Of a stretch of 24,740 nucleotides of DNA, positions 9,427 to 17,547 are shown one piece after another. The stretch is from the IMG/VR virus record IMGVR_UViG_648276671_000014; one strand, given 5' to 3'. Position 1 is the stretch's first letter. Every line of letters begins with the position of its first letter. The stretch comes from a virus. Taxonomy: Duplodnaviria; Heunggongvirae; Uroviricota; Caudoviricetes. Below the pieces are notes generated by a model. It saw only the letters and a list, made by a program, of their open reading frames with translations, ran no database searches and was not told where the DNA came from. The translations under genes were made by a program, and so were the position numbers.

Positions 9427-9451
9427 GCCCGCCAGAACTGGCGGGCTTTTG
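9427..9451 (+). terminator. Rho-independent terminator (GCCCGCC-AGAACT-GGCGGGC-TTTTG).
   Basis: Perfect 7-bp GC stem plus a T-run, read directly. Confidence 0.7.
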
Positions 9452-9496
9452 CGTAGATCATGCACCTGCATGAAAACTACTACATAAAGCGGGCAG

Positions 9497-9515
9497 GCGT
9501 GGCGGGGATACGAGT
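9497..9515. other. cos: cos-like site (GGCGTGGCGGGGATACGAG).
   Basis: Its first 13 nt match the 19-nt cohesive-end sequences of 186 and P2 (GGCGTGGCGGGGAAAGCAT and GGCGAGGCGGGGAAAGCAC, both recalled from memory). It sits between the A-side cargo and Q as in P2. Confidence 0.45.
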
Positions 9516-9697
9516 GCGCGTAATAACTAATATTCCTATTGACTTTCTATGATGCAATAGCTAATTTATTTCTAGGCCTATAGTTTAATTTGGGAAAACG
9601 GCGGAGTATGATTTAGGTTATATATCCGTCATACCGGTTCGATTCCGGTTAGGCAAAGAGCATTTTAGAGTGTTCTTTGCCTAACAGGATACGTAAA

Positions 9698-10447
9698 ATG
9701 ACTGATGACGAGATTAAAAATATTTTCCATGCTCAAACTGATAATGTTAGAGAGCTTGAGAAAGTCTGGAAACAAATAGTCAAAGAAATTAATACTGCAT
9801 TACGAACAGATAATGCAGTCCAAGTTGCACTTAAAACCAAAATGCTAGGTTTGGTTTTTTGCGCTCTTGCCGAAGCTCAATTTTCAAAGTTGATCCACAC
9901 GCCCGGTCAATTTTCCCCTAATGAAATAGAACAGATTAAATATGCAGCTTCATCTAATGTCTCAGATGGATGGTTAAAGTGCATAAATTTGGCTACGAGA
10001 CGACTATCGAAAGGCACAAAGCATAATCATGTTCCTAATGTTATTCAGGAGCTTGAAAGACTAGTTGATGATTTTATAAAAGCGCCAAGTTTAATTAGAA
10101 ATAAAATTGCGCATGGACAATGGGTTGTCGCTCTTAATAGAAAGAATACACATGTGAACTCAGAAATGACACATACTTTGCGTAATTTGACAATAGTGGA
10201 ATTAACAAAGTTTAAAGATGCTTTCACGAGAATGTCGCGAATAGTCGAAGATATTATTAAATCTCCTAATAAAGCTCATTTGCGTGATTATTGGCCGCAG
10301 CTTGAAGAGTTTAGAGCAAAGCAAAAGGAAATGGATAGTTGGACTCTTGCTGAAAAAGTCTTCCAATTAAAAAAGAAATATAATTACTCATCTAATATGA
10401 GATGTGAATCATGCGGTCAGTTACATGTTGATAGAAATAAACAATGA
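9698..10447 (+). CDS. HEPN-like protein with an RNKIAHG (Rx4HG) motif, 249 aa. Candidate abortive-infection or toxin RNase.
   Basis: AT-rich gene between cos and Q. ATG at 9698 (the track ORF starts at a TTG at 9677). The Rx4-6H motif followed by G is characteristic of HEPN nucleases. Confidence 0.55.
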   Translation: MTDDEIKNIFHAQTDNVRELEKVWKQIVKEINTALRTDNAVQVALKTKMLGLVFCALAEAQFSKLIHTPGQFSPNEIEQIKYAASSNVSDGWLKCINLATRRLSKGTKHNHVPNVIQELERLVDDFIKAPSLIRNKIAHGQWVVALNRKNTHVNSEMTHTLRNLTIVELTKFKDAFTRMSRIVEDIIKSPNKAHLRDYWPQLEEFRAKQKEMDSWTLAEKVFQLKKKYNYSSNMRCESCGQLHVDRNKQ

Positions 10448-10537
10448 TGATTATTATTTTGTGACACTTTCAATATTTTAATGCTTTATATATTAGCAAT
10501 GGTCATTAACATGACCATTGCTATGTGACCTAATATA

Positions 10538-11581
10538 TTAGTTATCTTCTGTCCTGAGCGAGTAAAAGCTAAAACGGAGAATTTCTTCACCAAGCCAGTT
10601 ATTTAGTTCCTGTAAACGTTTCTGCAGTGACATTAGTTCATTGCGTACAAAAACGCGACTAGCTTTCTCCACATCCCCAAATCCCCCAACATTATTTGGC
10701 ATTATCCCCATCATCTGTGGCGGCACGCGGTGCGCTGCCATCATGTCATCCCGACTCACGTTCTTGATATTAAGAAATTCATCCTTCGCCGCGACTTCTG
10801 ACAATGGGATGATCTGAAGCCCGTCCTTTTTGCCGTTAGGCGAGTACATAAACAGGTTGCGGAAGTTGCCTGGACCTTTGGCGCTTTTCATCGCGTTGCG
10901 GAGGTTGTTCACATCTTCCTGGTTCTGCGCGGCATCGGTCATGTACATGATGAAGCCTGCATGGCTGCCGTTGATGTAATACTTACGGCGGAACAGCGTG
11001 GCAGACTCGTTGAGCAGGGCGGATGGAATGGCAGAAAGATAGCCGGGCAGGCCGTAGATCTCCTGGTTGATGTCCGGTTCCATCAGATGAAAAATGCTGC
11101 CTTTCGTGAACTGATACGGCTGGGTTGTCATACCGTATTGCACAAACCAGTAGGTATCCAGGTCTAACCCGCGTCGGGTGTATTTTGCCAGCGCAGGCTC
11201 AAGGGCGATAACTTCACCGAATCGGTTCGTGCGTTTCTCCAGGTAGGCGTTACCAAATACCAGATAGTCCTGCACAAAACGCGAAAAAGCCTGCTGGCTG
11301 AGCAGCGGATGAGGGATATAGGTACTGGTCAGAATGTTGCACTTTACTGCAATCGGGGAACTGTGATGCACGGCGGCGCGGAAGGTGCGCGCCAGTCCGT
11401 TAAAGCTGACGGGCGGCTCATACCAACGGTCCATCTGTACGCATTCCACATAGTCCAGCAGTTCACGGCGGTCCAGAACAGGAACGGGATCGCCGAAGCT
11501 GAATGCTTCGGCTGTAGTTTGACTTTTAAGCTGGATCTGTTTCGTCGCCGCAGCTCGGTTCTTCTTACTCTTTCCCATCAA
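10538..11581 (-). CDS. Q: Portal protein (gpQ-like, 347 aa).
   Basis: P2 gene order Q-P leftward, and size (P2 Q is 344 aa). Confidence 0.88.
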   Translation of the reverse strand: MMGKSKKNRAAATKQIQLKSQTTAEAFSFGDPVPVLDRRELLDYVECVQMDRWYEPPVSFNGLARTFRAAVHHSSPIAVKCNILTSTYIPHPLLSQQAFSRFVQDYLVFGNAYLEKRTNRFGEVIALEPALAKYTRRGLDLDTYWFVQYGMTTQPYQFTKGSIFHLMEPDINQEIYGLPGYLSAIPSALLNESATLFRRKYYINGSHAGFIMYMTDAAQNQEDVNNLRNAMKSAKGPGNFRNLFMYSPNGKKDGLQIIPLSEVAAKDEFLNIKNVSRDDMMAAHRVPPQMMGIMPNNVGGFGDVEKASRVFVRNELMSLQKRLQELNNWLGEEILRFSFYSLRTEDN

Positions 11582-13344
11582 AAAATCTCCACAATATTGC
11601 TGGTATTGGCGGATTCGCCCTGCAGCGGTTCGTTAAACAGTGCGTGCATCGTTGCCCATGCCAGATCGGCGTGGCTGGCTTCTTCGCTGCGGCTGGCTTC
11701 ATAGGTCGGGCGGTTGCCACTGGCGGTGGTGGCGCGACGGATTGCCATAAATGACTGCGCAATGTCGGTATGTCCGGCGTCAAACTCCAGACGGCGGTGG
11801 CTGATAATGTCGTAGGCCTTGAGTACCAGGGCGTTTTTAACGTTGGGGTTGTAGACAAACTCCCGGACGGCAGGAAAGAACGCTTTCACGTTCTCGTAAA
11901 CCCCGTGACCAACGCCGGTTGAGTCGATGCCGATGTAGGTCACGTTGTACTGCTCGGTCAGTTTTTTGATTGCGTCAGCCTGGGCGCGGAAGTCCATCCC
12001 GCGCCACTGGTGACGCTCAAGAATGCGAAACTTACCGCCCGGCACGGCTGGCGGTGCCACCACCACGCATCCGGCGCTGTCGCCGTTCTGCGTACCTTTT
12101 GCCGGGTCATAACCGATCCACACTTCGCGCCAGCCAAACGGGCGCAGGGCCAGAGCATGAAAGTCGGTCCAGACTTCCCAACTGTCCACCATGCACGCCT
12201 GCAGCTCGCTGAGCGGAAACACGGACGCGAGATCGTCCACAAACTCGCACATCAGCAGGTTCTGGTATTCGTCCAGGCTGTACTCCATGCGCAACTGGTC
12301 GAGGTCGAACAGGTTACAGCCGCCGCGCACCGCATCTTCCACAGTGACTATCTGGCGGTACTGCCCGTCTGCGCACAGCAGGCCGGGGGCCAGATTGCTG
12401 TGGGACAGGTCGATGTCCACCTTATCGGCTTTGTTGCGCCCACGATTGAACAGCGCACCGGACCAGAACGGATAAGCACTGTGAGTCAGGCTGGATGGCG
12501 TGGAAAAATAGGTTTGTCGCCATTTTTTGTGAATAGCCATCCCGGAAGCCACTTTGCGCAGCTCCTGGAATTTCGGTATCCAGAAATATTCATCCAGATA
12601 CAGGTTGCCGTGGTAACTCTGGGCCGTGCGGGCATTGGTGCCGAGGAAGTAAAGCGTGGCTCCGTTAGGAAGCACCATCGGATCGCCTTTTAGCTCTACC
12701 TCGACTTCTTTGGCGAAGTCGATGATGTACTGCTTAAAGACGTGAGCCTGTGCCTTACTGGCGGAAAGGAAAATCTGGTTACGTCCGGTAAGCAGGGCGT
12801 CAATCAGGGCTTCACGGGCAAAGTAAAAGGTCGCGCCGATCTGGCGTGACTTCAGCAGGTTGCGGATGCGGTTGGTTTTTCCGGCTTCCCACCAGTGGCG
12901 CTGGTAGTTGAACATGGAGGAATGGAAGATTTCTTCCAGTTTCTCAATCTGTTCATCGGTGAAAACATTCTTTTCCGGCTGACGGCGCGGGCCCTTATTG
13001 CGGTTGGCGACGTTAGGGTTTAAGTCAGCTTCGTTGCCGCCATTGTTAAACTTGCCGATCCGCGCGTGGCGCTCCGACTGGCGCGCCAGCAGGTCAATTT
13101 CTTTGAAATCTTTCCCTTCTTTATGCTCCTTCATGATGAGCTGGCAGTAGCGTGCGGCGGTGGTGAGCTGCATCTGATCCAGCGGCCCATAGTCACCCCA
13201 CTTGTCGCGTTTTTTCCAGCTGTGAACGGTTGCAACTTTCTCGCCCAGCATTTCAGCAATGCGGGCTACGCGGTATCCCTGAAAGTACAGCAGCATGGCC
13301 TGCCGACGGGGATCGAGATCTGCGGGTGTCAGTGTGGTGTTCAT
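11578..13344 (-). CDS. P: Terminase large (ATPase) subunit (gpP-like, 588 aa).
   Basis: Size (P2 P is 590 aa), position, and a Walker A-like motif (LKSRQIGATF). Confidence 0.9.
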   Translation of the reverse strand: MNTTLTPADLDPRRQAMLLYFQGYRVARIAEMLGEKVATVHSWKKRDKWGDYGPLDQMQLTTAARYCQLIMKEHKEGKDFKEIDLLARQSERHARIGKFNNGGNEADLNPNVANRNKGPRRQPEKNVFTDEQIEKLEEIFHSSMFNYQRHWWEAGKTNRIRNLLKSRQIGATFYFAREALIDALLTGRNQIFLSASKAQAHVFKQYIIDFAKEVEVELKGDPMVLPNGATLYFLGTNARTAQSYHGNLYLDEYFWIPKFQELRKVASGMAIHKKWRQTYFSTPSSLTHSAYPFWSGALFNRGRNKADKVDIDLSHSNLAPGLLCADGQYRQIVTVEDAVRGGCNLFDLDQLRMEYSLDEYQNLLMCEFVDDLASVFPLSELQACMVDSWEVWTDFHALALRPFGWREVWIGYDPAKGTQNGDSAGCVVVAPPAVPGGKFRILERHQWRGMDFRAQADAIKKLTEQYNVTYIGIDSTGVGHGVYENVKAFFPAVREFVYNPNVKNALVLKAYDIISHRRLEFDAGHTDIAQSFMAIRRATTASGNRPTYEASRSEEASHADLAWATMHALFNEPLQGESANTSNIVEIF

Positions 13345-13390
13345 GGCACAAACCTACAGCCTTGAATGAAGGCTTTCCCCGCCTGCGGTT

Positions 13391-13408
13391 TGTGTGGTTG
13401 TCGGTACA
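13391..13408 (+). promoter_or_regulatory. TGT-N12-ACA late-activator (Ogr/B-family) binding site of the P/O divergent late promoter region.
   Basis: TGTgtggttgtcggtACA, read directly. It lies ~80 bp upstream of the O start, consistent with P2 late promoters. Confidence 0.5.
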
Positions 13409-13486
13409 AATACCGCGCATTGTTTCACTGCCCCCATCACCGCAACCATAAGGCTCCAGTAAGTTTTTTCTAACGGAGCACGGCTC

Positions 13487-14341
13487 ATGACAGTGAAAGC
13501 AAAGCGTTTTCGCATCGGGGTGGAAGGTGCCACCACCGACGGACGCGAAATCCAGCGTGAATGGCTGGAACAGATGGCAGCCAGCTACAACCCGACGGTG
13601 TACACCGCGCTGATTAACCTTGAGCACATCAAGTCTTATCTGCCGGACAGCACCTTTAACCGCTACGGCAAGGTGACGGCGCTGTTTGCTGAAGAAATCA
13701 CGGAAGGTCCGCTGGCAGGCAAGATGGCGCTGTATGCCGACGTTGAGCCAACGGAATCACTGGTGGAACTGGTGAAAAAAGGCCAGAAATTATTCACCTC
13801 TATGGAAGTCAGCCCGAAGTTTGCTGATACGGGCAAAGCCTACCTGGTCGGCCTGGCTGCCACTGATGACCCTGCCAGTCTGGGCACTGAAATGCTGACA
13901 TTCAGCGCCAGTGCAGCCCATAACCCGCTGGCAAACCGCAAGCAGAATCCCGCCAATCTTTTTACCGCTGCAGAGGAAACGGTGATCGAACTGGAAGAAA
14001 TCCAGGATGACAAACCGTCCCTGTTTGCCCGTGTCACGGCGCTGTTCACCAAAAAAGAGCAGTCCGATGACGCCCGGTTCTCTGATGTGCATAAGGCCGT
14101 GGAACTGGTCGCCACTGAGCAGCAGGACCTGAGTGCGCGCACCGAAAAATCCCTGTCTGAGCAGGAAGAACGCCTGTCTGAGCAGGAAGAACGCCTGTCT
14201 GAGCTGGAGACTGCCCTGCAGGCACAGCAGACCGCCTTTAACGAACTGGTGGACAAGCTGAGCCAAGAAGACAGCCGCCAGGACTACCGCCAGCGTGCAA
14301 CAGGCGGTAACGCCCCCGCTGACACTCTGACCAATTGCTGA
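13487..14341 (+). CDS. O: Capsid scaffolding protein (gpO-like, 284 aa).
   Basis: Same length as P2 gpO (284 aa). First gene of the rightward O-N-M-L operon. Confidence 0.88.
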   Translation: MTVKAKRFRIGVEGATTDGREIQREWLEQMAASYNPTVYTALINLEHIKSYLPDSTFNRYGKVTALFAEEITEGPLAGKMALYADVEPTESLVELVKKGQKLFTSMEVSPKFADTGKAYLVGLAATDDPASLGTEMLTFSASAAHNPLANRKQNPANLFTAAEETVIELEEIQDDKPSLFARVTALFTKKEQSDDARFSDVHKAVELVATEQQDLSARTEKSLSEQEERLSEQEERLSELETALQAQQTAFNELVDKLSQEDSRQDYRQRATGGNAPADTLTNC

Positions 14342-14357
14342 TGGAGCACAAAACCTG

Positions 14358-15416
14358 ATGAAGAAGAATACCCGCTTTGCTTTTAACGCTTACCTGCAGC
14401 AACTGGCGCGTCTGAACGGTGTGGCAGTTGAAGAACTGTCCAGCAAATTCACCGTAGAGCCGTCTGTACAGCAGACGCTGGAAGACCAGATCCAGCAGTC
14501 CGCCGCTTTCCTGACGCTGATTAACGTCACGCCAGTGACTGAGCAGTCCGGTCAGCTGCTGGGGCTGGGTGTTGGCAGCACCATTGCCGGAACCACTGAC
14601 ACCACCGCGAAAGAGCGTGAACCTGTCGATCCGACGCTGATGGTCGATGTGGAATACAAATGCGAACAGACCAACTTTGACACGGTGCTGACCTACGCGA
14701 AGCTGGACCTGTGGGCGAAGTTTCAGGATTTCCAGGTGCGTATCCGTGACGCCATCGTGAAACGTCAGGCACTGGACCGCATCATGATCGGCTTTAACGG
14801 CGTGAAGCGTGCGAAAACCTCCAACCGTAGTGAAAACCCGCTGCTGCAGGATGTGAACAAAGGCTGGCTGCAGAAAATCCGTGAGGATGCACCGGATCAC
14901 GTCATGGGCAGCACCACCACGGGCGGCGAAACCACACCGGGTGCGGTGAAAGTCGGGAAAGGTGGCGAATATGCCAACCTGGACGCTGTAGTGATGGATG
15001 CGGTCAATGAGCTTATCGACGTGGTCTACCAGGATGATGACGATCTGGTGGTGATTTGCGGTCGTGAACTGCTGTCTGACAAGTATTTCCCGCTGGTCAA
15101 CAAAGAGCAGGAAAACAGTGAAAAACTGGCTGCCGATATGATCATCAGTCAGAAACGCATGGGTGGCCTGCAGGCCGTGCGTGCGCCGTTCTTCCCGCCG
15201 AATGCGCTGCTGATCACCCGTCTGGATAACCTGTCCATCTACTGGCAGGAAGACACCCGCCGCCGTTCAGTTATCGACAACCCGAAACGTGACCGGATTG
15301 AAAACTTTGAATCCGTTAATGAAGCCTATGTGGTTGAGGACTACCGCTGCGCCGCACTGGTGGAAAACATCCAGATTGGCGATTTCAGCGCCGCCGCAGC
15401 AGAAACCGGAGCGTAA
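14358..15416 (+). CDS. N: Major capsid protein (gpN-like, 352 aa).
   Basis: Strong similarity to P2 gpN recalled from memory (TRFAFNAYL...KFTVEPSV...GFNGVKRA...). Confidence 0.92.
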   Translation: MKKNTRFAFNAYLQQLARLNGVAVEELSSKFTVEPSVQQTLEDQIQQSAAFLTLINVTPVTEQSGQLLGLGVGSTIAGTTDTTAKEREPVDPTLMVDVEYKCEQTNFDTVLTYAKLDLWAKFQDFQVRIRDAIVKRQALDRIMIGFNGVKRAKTSNRSENPLLQDVNKGWLQKIREDAPDHVMGSTTTGGETTPGAVKVGKGGEYANLDAVVMDAVNELIDVVYQDDDDLVVICGRELLSDKYFPLVNKEQENSEKLAADMIISQKRMGGLQAVRAPFFPPNALLITRLDNLSIYWQEDTRRRSVIDNPKRDRIENFESVNEAYVVEDYRCAALVENIQIGDFSAAAAETGA

Positions 15417-15419
15417 TCC

Positions 15420-16070
15420 ATGAGCCTGAGTCCCGCACGGCAGCATCGCCTGCGCGTTCAGGCTGAACAGGCCGCCCGCGAGGGCGGCAGTGTTCGCCAC
15501 GCGTCGGGCTATGACCTGATGCTGCTGCAACTGGCGGAAGACCGCCGCCGTCTCAAGGGCGTTCAGTCCACGGTCAAAAAAGCGGAAATCAAGGTGGAGC
15601 TGCTGCCGAAGTACGCCGCCTGGGCGGAGGGGGTCCTGGCTGCCGGAGGCGCTCAACAGGATGACGTGCTGATGTACGTGATGCTGTGGCGTATTGATGC
15701 CGGAGATTATGCCGGGGCGCTGGAGATTGGGCGTCATGCCCTGCGTCATGGCTGGGTGATGCCGCTGGGTAACCGCAACGTGCAGACCGTGCTGGCAGAG
15801 GAAATGGCAGACGCGGCGCAGAGCGCAATGCTTGCCGCCACCGGCTTTGATGCTGATCTGTTGCTGCAGACGCTGGAGCTGACAGACGGTCTGGATATGC
15901 CGGACCAGTCACGGGCGCGTCTGCATAAAGCGATTGGCGCGGTCCTGAGTGAAAGCAATCCGGCTTCCGCCCTTAATCATCTCAACCATGCGTTACAGCT
16001 CGATCCCCGCTGTGGCGTGAAAAAAGACAAACAGCAGCTGGAGCGCAGACTGCGCAATGACAGCCGCTGA
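15420..16070 (+). CDS. M: Terminase small (endonuclease) subunit (gpM-like, 216 aa).
   Basis: Similarity to P2 gpM recalled from memory (RHATVYE/RHASGYD, LWRID, GALEIGR, LELTD..DMPD). Confidence 0.85.
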   Translation: MSLSPARQHRLRVQAEQAAREGGSVRHASGYDLMLLQLAEDRRRLKGVQSTVKKAEIKVELLPKYAAWAEGVLAAGGAQQDDVLMYVMLWRIDAGDYAGALEIGRHALRHGWVMPLGNRNVQTVLAEEMADAAQSAMLAATGFDADLLLQTLELTDGLDMPDQSRARLHKAIGAVLSESNPASALNHLNHALQLDPRCGVKKDKQQLERRLRNDSR

Positions 16071-16164
16071 CAGAACGTGCCCCGCGCACGGGCGGCACGG
16101 GGTGGCGAAAGGCACAGCCACATCAAAACTCCGTCCACCGCCCTCTATTTCAGGAGAAAGCAGC

Positions 16165-16629
16165 ATGAAGTTTGTTGCGCCAGAACAGGCACCGGAACAG
16201 GCGGAAATCATCAGAAATACGCCGTTCTGGCCTGATGTGGACCTGTCGGAGTTTCGCAGTGTCATGCGCACTGACGGCACGGTGACGCAGCCGCGTTTAA
16301 AGCAGGTTGCGCTGTCGGCAATTTCGGAGGTCAACGCAGAGCTGTATGAGTTTCGCAGACGCCAGCAGATGCTGGGGTATGCGTCGCTGGCAGAGGTTCC
16401 GGCGGAACAGCTGGACGGCAAAAGTGAGCGCATTCAGCACTATTTCAACGCGGTTTATTGTTGGGCACGCGCCATGCTCAACGAACGATACCAGGACTAT
16501 GACGCCACGGCATCGGGTGTGAAGCGAGGCGAGGAACTGGCAGAAGCCAGCGGTGATTTGTGGCGTGACGCCCGCTGGGCCATCAGCCGGGTACAGGATG
16601 CGCCGCACTGCACAGTGGAGCTTATCTGA
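16165..16629 (+). CDS. L: Head completion/stabilisation protein (gpL-like, 154 aa from the ATG at 16165; the track ORF begins at 16057).
   Basis: The AGGAGAAAG SD precedes the ATG at 16165. Position after M. Confidence 0.75.
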   Translation: MKFVAPEQAPEQAEIIRNTPFWPDVDLSEFRSVMRTDGTVTQPRLKQVALSAISEVNAELYEFRRRQQMLGYASLAEVPAEQLDGKSERIQHYFNAVYCWARAMLNERYQDYDATASGVKRGEELAEASGDLWRDARWAISRVQDAPHCTVELI

Positions 16630-16832
16630 TGAAAGTGCGTGCGCATCAGTATGACACGGTGGACGCGCTTTGCTGGCGTCATTACGGGCGCACGCAGGGT
16701 GTCACGGAGCAGGTACTGAAGGCAAATCCGGGGCTTGCCGAATACGGCCCCTTTTTACCTCACGGGTTGCAGGTGGAGCTGCCGGACATACCGACAACCA
16801 CCACCGTGCAGACCGTCCAGCTATGGGACTGA
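16629..16832 (+). CDS. X: Tail protein X (LysM-like, 67 aa).
   Basis: Same size as P2 gpX (67 aa). Position after L. Confidence 0.8.
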   Translation: MKVRAHQYDTVDALCWRHYGRTQGVTEQVLKANPGLAEYGPFLPHGLQVELPDIPTTTTVQTVQLWD

Positions 16833-16835
16833 ATT

Positions 16836-17051
16836 ATGACGCTTGAGCGAATCAGCGCCTTTATCACGTATTGCATCGCCGTCGTGCTGGCCTGGCTGGG
16901 CGATTTGTCCATCAAGGATGCCTCAACGCTGGGCGGCCTGATGATTGGTGTGCTGATGCTGGCTATCAACTGGTACTACAAACACAAAGCCTACCAGCTT
17001 CTGCGTGACGGGCAGATCTCGCGGGAGGACTATGAATCCATCAATCGTTAA
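16836..17051 (+). CDS. Class II (pinholin-like) holin (71 aa, two TM segments).
   Basis: Two hydrophobic helices with a charged C-terminus. Immediately precedes and overlaps the SAR endolysin. Confidence 0.7.
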   Translation: MTLERISAFITYCIAVVLAWLGDLSIKDASTLGGLMIGVLMLAINWYYKHKAYQLLRDGQISREDYESINR

Positions 17052-17547
17052 ACGCTGCCTTGTCGGAGCCGTGCTGGCTATTGCTGCCACGCTGCCGGGT
17101 TTTCAGCAGCTTCACACCTCCGTGGAGGGGCTGAAACTGATTGCCGATTACGAAGGCTGTCGTCTGCAGCCGTATCAGTGCAGCGCGGGTGTCTGGACCG
17201 ACGGCATTGGTAATACATCGGGCGTCATTCCCGGCAAAACAATCACGGAACGACAGGCAGCAGAAGGGCTGATCTCAAACGTGCTACGTGTGGAGCGGGC
17301 GCTGGAAAGATGTGTGAAGCAACAGCCGCCACAAAAGGTGTATGACGCGGTGGTGTCGTTTGCCTTCAACGTGGGGACGGGCAATGCCTGCAGTTCCACG
17401 CTGGTGAAGTTACTCAATCAGCGGCGCTGGGCGGATGCGTGCCGACAGTTGCCGCGCTGGGTTTATGTGAAAGGTGTGTTTAATCAGGGGCTGGATAATC
17501 GCCGTGCGCGGGAGATGGCCTGGTGCCTTAAAGGAACTGGACTATGA
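17032..17547 (+). CDS. SAR endolysin (T4-lysozyme/GH24-type with an N-terminal signal-anchor-release domain, 171 aa).
   Basis: GGGAGGA SD. The Gly/Ala-rich N-terminus LVGAVLAIAATLPG is followed by the E..D..T lysozyme catalytic region (DYEG...WTDGIGNT). Confidence 0.85.
   Translation: MNPSIVKRCLVGAVLAIAATLPGFQQLHTSVEGLKLIADYEGCRLQPYQCSAGVWTDGIGNTSGVIPGKTITERQAAEGLISNVLRVERALERCVKQQPPQKVYDAVVSFAFNVGTGNACSSTLVKLLNQRRWADACRQLPRWVYVKGVFNQGLDNRRAREMAWCLKGTGL

Noticed and set aside
9380-9700. Possible CRISPR array or intact tRNA gene in the AT-rich cos region.
   Set aside because: No regularly spaced direct repeats. Only a T-arm-like fragment is present and no cloverleaf can be folded, so it is reported as a finding rather than a tRNA feature.
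11565-12693. ORFs antisense to or out of frame with terminase P (11565-11858, 12010-12693, 11958-12242 and others).
   Set aside because: Nested within the terminase gene. Typical high-GC frame shadows.
13790-14900. Minus-strand ORFs 13790-14266, 13840-14256 and 14238-14900 overlapping O and N.
   Set aside because: Antisense to the conserved scaffold and major capsid genes. Low-complexity translations.
15267-16629. Minus-strand and alternate-frame ORFs across M and L (15267-15749, 15993-16433 and others), and the 190-aa L ORF starting at 16057.
   Set aside because: Shadows of the M and L genes. For L, the ATG at 16165 with an AGGAGAAAG SD is the better start; the 16057 start would overlap the M 3' end with a low-complexity N-terminus.
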